From the NCBI GenBank assembly GCA_964304625.1, contig OZ199840.1:4006490-4070489 (forward strand): a stretch of DNA of 64,000 nucleotides, written 5' to 3'. The notes beneath the pieces were generated by a model. That model worked only from the letters and a program-made list of their open reading frames with translations. It was not told where the DNA came from and ran no database searches. Below, in pieces: positions 12,671 to 24,379 of the stretch (position 1 is its first letter; each line of letters begins with the position of its first letter). Made by a program: the position numbers and the translations under genes. This stretch comes from Kudoa neothunni (lineage: Eukaryota > Animalia > Cnidaria).

Positions 12671-14325
12671 CCGTACATACTCGAGTATAAGTCGCAGTTA
12701 TAAACCAAAAATTTGTTAATGCTTAAACATTTAGCGATTTACAAAGTATATTTTAAATAAAATCTGATTAGTTTAAGACAAAAAAGAAAATATTAATTAT
12801 ATAAAAAATTAATGATTATTTAAAAAAAATTGACAAATTATTGATATTCATTGTCGTCATCATCATCATCCTTAGCTGACGAAAACTCATCCACATCAAA
12901 AAGGCGTACACTTTGTTCTGATGCCAAAGTATTGTCGTAAATCTCGTCCATCTCTACTTCCGTATTATTGTGTACTTCATCGTCTTCAAATTAATTCATC
13001 GCATTAGAAATGCCATATTTTTTGAACAATTTTTTAATTATGCTCGTGTCTATGGAGAGTCAAGAATCTTTTACCATTTGGCTACCGATGCTAATGTAGG
13101 TCTCTTAAAATTTCCGGATGCTGTCTTTTCCGCCAATCGTTCTAATATCCATTTGATCCATTGATCGCGTACTTTACATTCGAATGGAAAATTTAAAAAA
13201 ACATCTAAAGATTGCAATATTGGGGTTAAGTCCGAAAGAATAACAGCAGTATCTGTTTTATAGTAGTTTTTGACACATTGTTTGACATCATAAACGAGAT
13301 GAGCTCGGAACTGATCCCAAGCTGGCAGACTTAATTTTTTATCCAAATATGAAGTCCTTCCACATCCATCCTTTCTCGTGAACATGAATAACAACTCCAA
13401 GAGAGAACTTTTCTTTCGGAAACGTTTTCCGTTTAAAAATTATTATTGGAGGCGATTTAGTTCCACCCGCCATACAGGTTAAAACGCAAATAAAGTGTGT
13501 TTTTTCGTGACCAGTTGTTCTAATCGTCACGGTTTTGGTTCCATTATTATCAACTGTCCGGTTACCAGGAGCATCAAAATATATAGGTGTTTCGTCCATG
13601 TTTCCAATTCGACTAAGATCATAATTTATCTTTTTCCTTATATCTATAACATATTTATGAACGTTGATAATCTTGTCTTCCAAATCGGACGGGAGTTTTT
13701 GGCAAATTTTGGTCCTTTGTTTAAGAGACAAACCATGCCTGTTCACAAAACGCGTGCACCATCCAGTCGATGCTTTAAAGTTTGAGTCCTTTATAATATC
13801 TTTGGATTTTAAATGAGTCGCTCCGCGCGTCACTACGTATCCGCTTTGTCTTATTTCATTTATCCACCTGTTTAACGCTTCCTCTTCGCGAAGAAATTTT
13901 GGCTTCTTTTTGAAACTGGCATTTCTTCCAACTGCAGGAAAGATTTTCTCCAATCGCATACTTACAGTATGTTAACTCCATTTTTATTAGTCGAAAGTCG
14001 ATTGTTGTCACATTCGATAGCATATTTTGCAACTTTTAATTTGAATTTGGCGTCATTGCGATGTCTTTTTTTAATGGAACTCATTATCTCAGCATAAATG
14101 AAATACATATTAAATATCAACAAAATAATTCCGTCATTTTAATTAAAACAATATTTTTTTATATATAATAATAAAAAGTAGAACATAAACTTATTACGGA
14201 TGATTTATATATATTACTAACTACCAGCCTAATTTTTACGTCCATGTCTCGTGTATGAGTCGCACACGGTTTTTGAAGTAGAGTTTTTGAAAAAAAAAGT
14301 GCGACTTATACACGAGTATATACGG
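12671..14325 (-). mobile_element. pogo-family (POGK/Passer-like) DNA transposon with disrupted transposase
   Basis: 26-bp TIRs (CCGTACATACTCGAGTATAAGTCGCA / TGCGACTTATACACGAGTATATACGG) with a TA TSD on both sides. Transposase fragments from ATG 14084: Brinker-like N-terminus (DAKFKLKVAKYA), CENP-B HTH (FKASTGWCTRFVNRHGLS) and DDE core (NMDETP, WDQFRAH, LQSLDV), broken by stops and frameshifts. Confidence 0.93.
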
Positions 14326-14673
14326 TAATCACTTCAAAATTTATTTCTTGGTCACCCATCGGTAGGAACTTAATTCATGTCAAGTCATTTTAAATCATGT
14401 ATCGGACATGGTTTATCTCGATCTGTGGTAATGTAAACGATTTATAATTATTCTTAAATTAATTTATTCACTTTGTGCACATTTTTATTCTAAAATTTTC
14501 TAAGGAAAAGTGCTAAACGAGGATAAGCGAAAAGACGCAATTTACAGAGAATCACTACCATTACTAGCAACATGATTAATGCTAGCAGCAATGAATTACA
14601 AATGGCACAAGGCAACTACAAAGCGAATTCTAAAATTCCCATCTTAAATAAACGTTAAGGTGAAATTAATCAC

Positions 14674-14678
14674 AAAAA
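14674..14678 (-). terminator. Pol III T-run terminator of tRNA-Ala
   Basis: TTTTT on the minus strand about 20 nt downstream of the tRNA 3' end. Confidence 0.6.
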
Positions 14679-14698
14679 CAGGAGCAAGGGGCTCATCG

Positions 14699-14771
14699 TG
14701 GAGATTAAGGGAGTCGAACCCGTGACCTCCCGCATGCGAAGCGGACGCTCTACCAACTGAGCTAAATCCCC
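14699..14771 (-). tRNA. tRNA-Ala (anticodon CGC)
   Basis: GGGGATTTAGCTCAGTTGGTAGAGCGTCCGCTTCGCATGCGGGAGGTCACGGGTTCGACTCCCTTAATCTCCA folds into a cloverleaf with the G3:U70 Ala identity pair, discriminator A and A/B boxes. There is one C:T mismatch in the T stem. Confidence 0.93.
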
Positions 14772-14846
14772 AAACAACTTCATGGAAGTTTTGCGCATAT
14801 AACAAATACTCTACCAAATAAAAACCTAATAAACAACACAAACACA

Positions 14847-16082
14847 TCACAATCTAGGAATTATGTAACTAGGGTGCATTCTATTTCTGGGTCTGGATCT
14901 TTTGCTGGTAATTACTGAATCCATTTTAACAGCTTTATTGAAGGTGGTGTATTTATCGGCATTAAATTCCATCAGGTATTGGTTGACTCTATATTCCAAG
15001 GGATCGTGCACCACAAGAAGTTGAATAGAATCCAATTCCGACTGCAATGTATCTCTTATGATATTGTTAACTATCGGTAGCGATTGTCCTTCAACATTGG
15101 CCTGATTGATAGCAACAATGCGATCTCCAACAAACAAAGTATTATTTTTAGCAGCAATACTATCCTCAAGAATACTCTCAATAAATATGGGTCCAAAACT
15201 GTATCTAATGCAAACAAAGTTAAAACATAGTCATAAACTATGGCATCAATACTTCGCAACATATGAAATGTTTTCAGTGTTTACAATGTCTCCTCCAGTA
15301 AGTTGAATGCCCAGCTTTTTTTGAGTAGTGGATGACTCACTGTCGCTATTTGAGTTGCTTTCTGATGATTTTTCAAGTGGAATAACCACTTGACGTAAAA
15401 CACCAACATTGTGATCTCCAAAATCTGGATAATTATTATGAAATTTGCTTTCCACTAAATCCACAATGTATCCATTTGTGACGGGTTCCAAATTGTAAGC
15501 AATCTCTTGAACATCGGCATTTTTCAATAGAAGAAATGCAGATTCATTAGAACTCTTAACGGATTTGCTGGTAAATATTTGTGGTGAATCGGCACCCGCT
15601 TTATCTCCAGTTGGAGAAGCCATCTTTTTCAACTGGAAAACGTGACAATACCCGGAATTTTCAATGTGCTTGAAACAAGAAACCACATCACAATGACTCA
15701 GTTTATCAATTTCTTCCAAACAAAAAAGAGGGTTTGCCATGCGGTAAGCAAGATCGAAATGCTCTCGTGTAAAAACTTCGCTTGCAATAATATTTTCTAT
15801 GTGTTCCATAGCTTTACGATTAAGACTGAATTTTGAGGTGTATGTATCAGACTTGCCTTCACTTAAAACTGATGAAAACATTTTGGTGTGTAACAAAAAG
15901 GGAAAAATTCTAGCAACGGACACCAAATAGTCGATATGTCTTGAATTCATGTGTTTACTCAAATAATCATATATCAAATATGAGGACTTTGTGGTTTCCA
16001 CAATTAACTTGCTATCAACACTGGTTGGACATGGGAAATTTGGATGTAAGAATCGACGGAAACTACGCCACAATAACCCCAT
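14847..16082 (-). CDS. PDZ-domain protein with a putative N-terminal RGS-like helical domain
   Basis: Two exons (16082-15253 and 15204-14847) joined by a 48-nt GT-AG intron. PDZ: KKLGIQLTGG...GPIFIESILEDSIAAKNNTLFVGDRIVAINQANVEG. RGS-like spacing in IYDYLSKHMNSRHIDYLVSV and [15 protein letters not shown]...HFDLAYRMA is less certain. Confidence 0.8.
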
Positions 16083-19000
16083 CGATGCGGTTCAGTTTAA
16101 ACATTCGTGCCTTTTCGTCGAACCGAAACAGCATTTTTTATGATAAACGCTCACATGGCCTTCCTTGTTTATAATTACCTATAAGGATGGCTTATTAACG
16201 TAATTGTTTCATTAAGAAATTTTCGTATAAAATGTGAAAACCCTTTTTACTCAATCCTTGGGTATGAGGAAAAGATGCGTAAAATTAGTCACCATTTTTA
16301 CTCAGTTTGAAGTGAGCGTACAGAATGAAACTTTTTGTTATTTCTCTTGTGATAAAACTGAGTAGAATAATTCATTTAACTCTAAACAATTTAGAAAGAA
16401 CATATATTTTTGTCGCTTTTAAATATTTTAACACTTTTTTAAACTTAGAATTTTTAACATTGGTTTCATCCCTTACTATATAATTTTTTCTTCAATTACG
16501 TGAGATGTGGAAAATTTTAACTTAATACTGTGATGTTGCTTGAAGAATAAAAGAGATTAATGAATTTGGTATATATAATCGACAGAATTTTCCGTGCCTG
16601 GTCGTTTGAACTCTCCTCATAGTATTTACGACTGGATTAACGGCGGCAGCTTCGTCATAATAATTTATTTTATTTATATTGTAACTTTATAAATCAAGAA
16701 TCCAACAATTATTCAATTAGAAGATATGTCTTTTTTTAAATATTTTGTTTATTTTATACTTACGTAAGACTTTATTTTTTTATTGCTTTCACCAAGTACT
16801 ATTTAAAAACGGGTGGTCCTGAGAACTACAAATATCAAATATATTTATATAATTCCTCATTATTTTTTAGAATACCATTATGTATGCTAATTTATGACAT
16901 TAAATTGTTGTGTATATGTAGTTTTCGTTCGTCACAAGTGATTGCTATTGAATTAAATTATTATTTTCCAGTAATATTCTTATGTCTAAATTACGTTGAT
17001 CACGTGATCATTACTTGAACCATTTCACTATCGTATTACAATTTTTATTATTTTAAAATAATTTTATATATTAAAATTAAAGTAACATTATTGTTCATTT
17101 GATTTTTACAGGGTATATAATGCATTTAAACAAATTGCGTAAAACTGGTTATTTCCTGTGTAAAATTCTTTGTTCTCAAAGTTATCAGAACCTTTTTTTC
17201 CGTAGTTTCGATTTAATTAGGTTTAATAATCAATAGTTTTGAGATCCTGATGCAGGTGGGCATCGGAATCAAAATTTCTGGATGGTTTTATCCCGAATTT
17301 AAAAATTTAAAATATCATATTGTCAATATTATAGGAAATTCCAATAATACAGCTATGTTATTCTCGTTAAAACTTTTTTTATGGTAAATTTAAAATTTAT
17401 TTAAGTCGTGAGAATTCAAAAATAATAATTAGCTAACACCAAGGTTTGTAATGAAAATATTATTCAGCTGATTGATGCAGGAAAATATGTTTTTAAAGTA
17501 TTAAAGTTAAATACAAACGTTTGAAGATATAAGTCGGTTAAATTGAATAAAGGAATTTAATTTTTAATTAACCCATTTCCACTTTAGCCCCAAATTATTT
17601 TGAGCTTTTTCAACGAAATTCATTTCCGATTATAAAACTTTCTATAACCTGTTTTCGAGATCCAACAATATATAAAAATGCTAAGATTAGTTAAATATTA
17701 TATCCCAAAAAAAAGTGTTTAGTGTAGAAATTACTTCAGTGATTATGTTTTAGTTCCTAGATGGAAAATTTCATCCTTTCGTCATGCTAAAACATAGATC
17801 GAATTTATTAGTTCTTTGGTCCCCTTATAGGATTACATGTTGTTATTTAAATCTGAGTAGATTCATTGATTTTAAACTACAATTGTTGGTCATTGTACGT
17901 AGATTAAAAAACTATAATGATAACACATGAATGTACGATTTTACTATTAGATTTTTTAGGGTTAAATTAACTCTATTTTATGGCATAAATTAGATAATAA
18001 TAAAAATACAGAGAACCTTTCTTCATTTCAGCAGAATTATAATAGCTGATTAAATTAAAAAATATTTTAGAAGCATTGTAGAAAATATTTTTATTATATT
18101 TAATGTTATTGATGTAACTACGACAAATGGATCATGTTAACAATGTGGATGACATTTAAATATTTTATATAGAACAACGTGAGCTTAATTACTACATACA
18201 AATTGACTTCTTTGATGCATATATCTCTGAGAGCCTAATATCAATGATCAAATTGATGATAAATAAAATATACGTGATCCCATAGAATCTTGGAAGAATC
18301 TGACCAACAACAATCAATAATAATATAATTAAATTTTACTTTCATTCGATTTAATGAATCAATTAAAATCAATTTTTATTGATTAATAATAAACTAAAGT
18401 ATCTATCCTCTAAAATTTGCAGGATACGTATATAAAGTTGCGAAGGGATTAACAAATCCGTTAAACCTTACATAAAATATTAAATTAGTGTAATTAAAAA
18501 ATAAATCACGCGCACACCCCTATATATCGTGGTTCTTGCGTATATCGTTTGATTTTTCTTACCCAACCAAACCTTGGTAAATCCAAATCTATTTATAATT
18601 TAATTCCCAAAACTAGATTTAAAAGAAAAATTTATTTAACATTAATTCAGAAGGAACACCTTTCTAGATACACAAAGACGATCAACTTTGCCTTTTATTC
18701 TCGACCAGTTAGATCATGGAAAACATGTGAAATTATAGAATGTTTTTTATTCTTATAAGAACAATCCATCTATTTGAAATGAAAATCCTCAATATGATGC
18801 TAATCACAATGAAAATGACCACATCAAGCATGTATTAAACGCGGAATAATTGAATAATATTATCTCAGAAATACGCGGACACATTATAACTTAAGGCCCA
18901 AATGAATTGAATGATTTCTACCCAGTGATGGATTGGATTTCTAAAATTGTAAAATATACATAGAGATGTACTTTTATAACAATTTTTCTGAAAATAAACG

Positions 19001-19439
19001 TTAATTAGTTCGTTTTAAAGAAAATAATTGAGTTTTATATTTCATGCGCGCATGATTAGATGGATATTGCGCACACAATACGTTTTGCATACGTTTTTGT
19101 CATTCCCCAAAAAAGTGCGCAATAACCATTGTTGACTGTAACTCTGGAGGCAAGTCAGTTTAAAAGTAGCAATCAGTATCTAAACGAATTATAACTTTTT
19201 GTACTTTTGAGCAATTTGTCGAAAAAATAAAACATTTTAATTATGTAATTGGAGATTAATATAAAAATTTTAAGAAAAGAAATATAATAAAATTCAAATT
19301 TTTTATAGAATAATAATGCTAAAGTATTACTCTTTTCTGATAATTATATGAAGGATCATCATTTTAAACAAACATCAATGAGCGAGAAGTTATTTTTTCG
19401 TTAGTTTAACACAATTTTTCAGCCTTTAAATAAATTTTA

Positions 19440-20080
19440 TAATGACTTATGGGTCGTACGTAATATCGCAATAAAACGTAAAATAATGAATATATAGAAA
19501 ATTTAATTTGTACTCTATAAACTTTATAACAAAAGTAACATATTTCCTCGATTTGACCTTGGAAAAGTTAAAATATCCGTAGTTTTTACGCATTTTATGT
19601 CGTGCGTAATGATTTCTTTTTCATAACTACGAAGATTAGGGCTTTTGCGTCAACAGGTTGTAATAAAATTTCAACTCTGTCCCAAAAGTTGAAATTTTAA
19701 AATTGTATCAAAAAGTAATGAATAAATCAAACGCTAAATCCGAAACAATGAAGATCTTTGATATAAAAATAAGGTCTGCACTGAATACTATTATAACTAT
19801 TTAAACTGGCTGTTTCAATATTTTAACGATTGTTCTATTCAAAAGTAATAAAAACTCTCAAAGGGAGGAAATATGGATTTTGGTATACAAGTGGAAGAGT
19901 GGATTGGACTGATGAGAGAAAAATAGATAGAAGATTCTCAATATGTTTTTATTAATAAAACTAATGAATTCCTTACGATGCCTCAAAATTAGCATCTGTA
20001 TCTACTGGTTGGTTTATAATTTAATAAAAAGATATAACATTTCGCATAATACAGTTTTAGTGAATCTTCAAATTCATATT
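19440..20080 (+). mobile_element. Truncated copy of the Tc1/mariner-type MITE at 54968-55773
   Basis: Begins TA + TAATGACTTATGGGTCGTACGTAAT and is collinear with 54968-55600 (shared blocks such as GTGCGTAAT, TACGAAGATTA, CAACAGGT.GT, CCAAAAGTTGAA, AAAACTCTCA.AGGGAG, GAATTCCTTA.GATGCC). Confidence 0.8.
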
Positions 20081-20521
20081 GTGTTCCATTACAAATTAAT
20101 TCAAATTTTCACTACAACGTAAATTTAAAAATAATGCTTTAATTGAAGGTATAAATGTGTTTTTTAGTTTGAAGAAGTACAGTAATGGTTAACCGTCAAT
20201 TTTCTTTCACAGAAGCTTCTCTCTTTAGAGATAAATATACTATTTATGCGATTGAAAATAATTTTTTTAGTAATTCACAGATAAATGAAAGTCTTGTTTT
20301 AATATCGATATAATGGAATATAGTATTATTTTTTTATTTAATAGCAAAATAAGATGTTTTGATAACGGACTGTCATTTTTCAAGACCTCATGATTGCAGA
20401 TTCTAAAATTACTTGTAACGTTAAATATTTCATATTTCTATGCGTTCCTGATACCTTATTATATTAATCTTAGTCTAAAAAAACCTAACATTGAGCTGTT
20501 TACAATGGTTATAGTCTAGAG

Positions 20522-20646
20522 CAGGGGTTCTCAACTAGGGGGTGCGAGATCCCATCAAATTTAAAATAATGTTTGAGAAATTTTGAGTCAGCTACACCCT
20601 ATCGTATGCAAGTGGGTGCAAGTCCAGTTTTAGTTGAGAAGAGCTG
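20522..20646. mobile_element. hAT/Charlie-type MITE (125 bp)
   Basis: TIRs CAGGGGTTCTCAACT / AGTTGAGAAGAGCTG flanked by a perfect 8-bp TSD, GTCTAGAG (20514-20521 and 20647-20654). Confidence 0.88.
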
Positions 20647-21065
20647 GTCTAGAGATAGAAATAATTAGGTTATTAAGAGTTAAAATGTTATTTAAAAATT
20701 ATTTAATCACATAGAAAATTATCAACGTAGTTGTACCAGTGTTTACGTAAGAATGTTTATGTATATTCAAAAAAAAAAAAGATATAACTTTTTGGAAAAA
20801 TTAATAATTCCTAATTAATTAGATTAACACGATAAAAATATTTTATCAATTTCAGGTATTTTAACGAATTATAATCATCATTTCAAAGTTTGCTACAAAA
20901 ATTAAGATATATATAATCGCTACGAACATCTCACATCATTATTAGGATGTTTATAGAGTCAGAAAATCATTCTTTTTAAGAAAACAATTTATACTTCTCG
21001 AATAAATAACCAGATTTAATTATATTTCCAATTATATGTTTTTGGAATGGATTCCACAACAAAGT

Positions 21066-22250
21066 TTAAATGTAACCATAATAATTTTCACAAATATTAC
21101 GGATTTTTTCCATTTTGCATTGATATTTGGATTTTTTACTTACAATTGGATTATATAAGACAGAGTTGATATCTTTTACCATCAAGCTTTGAGTTTCTTT
21201 GGGTCTTTCAACAAACGTATCTAGGCCAGAGTGGGATTGTTCAAATCTATTTTGAAAATGTAGGTGGAACGGTTCCGCAGCATTAATGGTCATGTCGATA
21301 CTGTATTTCACTCTTGCGTATGTGTTCCAATAGTGAATGGGATATTTTTATGAATTCATGTAGTTCCTCGTTTTCATAGGTTAACTACTTTGTCTTCAAT
21401 TTTTCAAATTCTTCAACGACCTTCGTAACGGGGACAAATGATGAGGATGAAAAACATTTACGTAATAGGTTAATTTTTGGATTATTAATATATATATATC
21501 TGTAAGCCCCAATTTTTGAATCTTTCGCCACAAGAATTGTCCTAAATGAAATAAACATAAATAAATGTTAGATAATTTTGATGATTTTTTAAAGCATTCA
21601 TAGCACCTAATTCCATGTCAAAAATAACGTTATCAGTGAACGTGACATTTATTTTTTCAGTTAGAATATTAAGGACTTTCTCATAATCAATTAGGGTTTT
21701 ATTCGACATCAAAATATAAATTAATGGGAACACTTTATCAAAAATTTTCCCGTGTATTATAGTATTAAGGTTGGTAAAATTGTTTGGGTACTACTTTAAA
21801 CATCCCATCTGCAATCCAAATTAACGAATTATTAAGATGCATTATATTAGTTTTAGACGTAAATATAATCATCCTAGACTTAGACTGCGAACCAGAGTCA
21901 TATAAACCGAACTCTTCGTCCCTGTAAGTTTTAATTCCTGATTTGGATAGATCAATGTCTGTATTAATTAAAATATTTATCCTCTTTCTTTGGTGTTGAA
22001 TATTTTTATAAACCCTTTTCTAGGGAACAAGGGGTAAACCATGAATACCACGTTTTTCAATATTCGAAATATCGTCTAATGGAGCAGTTGTAAATCTGCC
22101 ATAAAAAGCCCTCTTTTCACATTGCCAATATTGACAAGTCGTTGTAGCGTAATCCTTAACATAAAAATAACTTTCAACAAGAATTTTAATATTATCTCTT
22201 TGAGTTCTAAAAAGCTTATAATTTAAATTCGAAGGAAACTCGTTACTCAT
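21066..22250 (-). pseudogene. Decayed MULE (Mutator-like) transposase with FLYWCH-like N-terminus
   Basis: Fragments in several frames with stops: YFYVKDY..YWQCEKR, WIADGMFKVVPKQFYQ, FPLIYILMSNKT..YEKVL, IFDMELGAMNALK, TINAAEPFH. Confidence 0.8.
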
Positions 22251-23073
22251 ATTATTAACTCAACGATAGATTTAATTAAACATAAACGTACGCGTGCCCA
22301 TTAGCTCCGGGGAGTTTTTGCCGTGCCACTTGCATATACGTACAGAGGGATAAAGGATTTTTATGTAGATAAATATCTTTTATCCTATCAAATAACCGAC
22401 GTAAGTATATGTTATGAGTTTTGGCTTGAGAAAAGAAGTGACATGCCGAAATATCTCTTGTAATCTTTAGTTTTCAAAATACATCTTGAGAGTAATTCTT
22501 CACTAAGATTAGAATAGACTTTGATACTGTTCTCACAAGAAATTTGCAGTTAATCACGAAGCTATGTATGCTTATTCTAAGGGTCCTAACTTTGCCTTAT
22601 CACAAGGCTCATTCGAAATTTAATCATTCCCCTTAAATACATAAATTCGAATTCGGTTGCTAACCCGTCAAAAGTTGGTTTTGTTTTTAAAAAGATTTAA
22701 TTTGTTTGCTTCGACAAATAAAAATGTTAAAATATACACATTATTTTATTCAGAAAATCGAATTTGGCCCCTAGAAGGTTAGTGTTCAGCAATGAGGTCT
22801 TGTGATCCTCTCAAAGAAAGAGCACCGTAATCAAGAGCTTAAATAATTACAATTATCTCATGCTTTATTTATTTTTAAACAAAAATCCAACAACGTCCTA
22901 GGAAAATGTTTAATAAAATATTATTTATAATTACCATAAAATCATGCGAATCTTTGACAATAAATACCATCAGTGGACATCGTTATGAATTCTGTCTAAA
23001 TATTGAGTTTATTTCGTCACTTTTAAGAATAATAAGACTTGTAACTTCAATAAAACTCCGGAATAATACTTGG

Positions 23074-23951
23074 ATGACGATATTGAACAGCGTCGCCCAC
23101 TCTGTTAGATTCCGCATCCAAGAGATTAACGCAGATAACAAAATGGACGCGAAGGAAACGTTCGACGACTACCTGTTCAACAAATATTACACATATGTAA
23201 TGGCATTTGATTATTAATTCGATTTATATTTCTTAGCTAAAACGTAAGAATAAATTGACACTTGCATATCAGTGTTTCAAATGGATTGCCATGTGTTGTA
23301 CAACGGTTGCGTTGATATTGCCATTATTTTCGTACCAGAACAACCATGAATATTTTTCAGGTTTATTCTATGGTTGTAAACTCAATCATCTCCACAATCC
23401 AGCCAAATGGCAATGTTCCCCCTTTTTTGTAGCTGCATATAGAAGTAATGTTTTTATCAAAATTTGGATATATTTCAAACTATAAAAATCAGTTCTTATC
23501 GAATTAAATTTTGCATATAGAATATTTGAAATTCGATAAAAGGGATCTAATCGATATATTTCAGCTGTTATCTATTCTCTCGCTTGTGACAGCTAGTATT
23601 ACCTGTACGGTGGCTATCTTTAAGCAAAAAATGTGGTCTATTGGTTATTTCTTTGTATTGTTTTCAAGTAAATTACTTATTGTTTCTCATTTTGTATGGT
23701 TGTTTCTAGCTGTTGGAACTATTTTTTGGAGTGCATTCGAGCTTGATATAGCAATGAATGGCGTGAAACCACATAGAAACCTTGTTATTTGGGCAGGACA
23801 TGCAATATCCACTATTATTGTTTCCATTTTCTACAATGTCTCCATATTCCTTTTTTATTTTACTCAAAATGGTCAATTTAGTTAGAATTTCCACTTTTCT
23901 ATAATGTTCTTGTCTGTTCCTTCCATTTTTCGTCGCATTATATTGAATTAA
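23074..23951 (+). CDS. Claudin/PMP22-superfamily four-TM protein
   Basis: Five exons (about 23074-23196, 23237-23444, 23521-23667, 23711-23819, 23886-23951) splice in frame. They encode four hydrophobic helices and the first-loop motif SGLFYGC...WQC, equivalent to claudin GLW-C-C. The start could instead be ATG 23143. Confidence 0.7.
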
Positions 23952-24379
23952 CCAAAATAAGAATCGAAGGTTAAAACTTTTGTTGTTTTATTTTCTTATT
24001 AAAAACCTTCGTTACGTTAATATAGGATTATTATGAAAATAATTTTATAGTTAGTAATAGCAAAAAATTATATTTCTTAGGAAACAACCCAACCAACTTG
24101 TAATTTAGAAGCGTATAAAACATTAATTCCTTACTATTCTATTCCTGAAGACATTAAATATTAATTCAGGGTTTTGTGTGGCGTTAGCCATTAAAGTCGA
24201 ATTATAAACTTGAGTAAATGATGATTCATATACGAGAATTATGCATACAGTAAAGATTAGATATGGCTTAATTCCCTATATTCATCATTTTTATTTTCAA
24301 AGAGAAGTCATTTTGAACTATAGTTTTTATTTTATTATTACGGAAACAGTTAAAAATTAAAAAAATTCTTTTATACATA

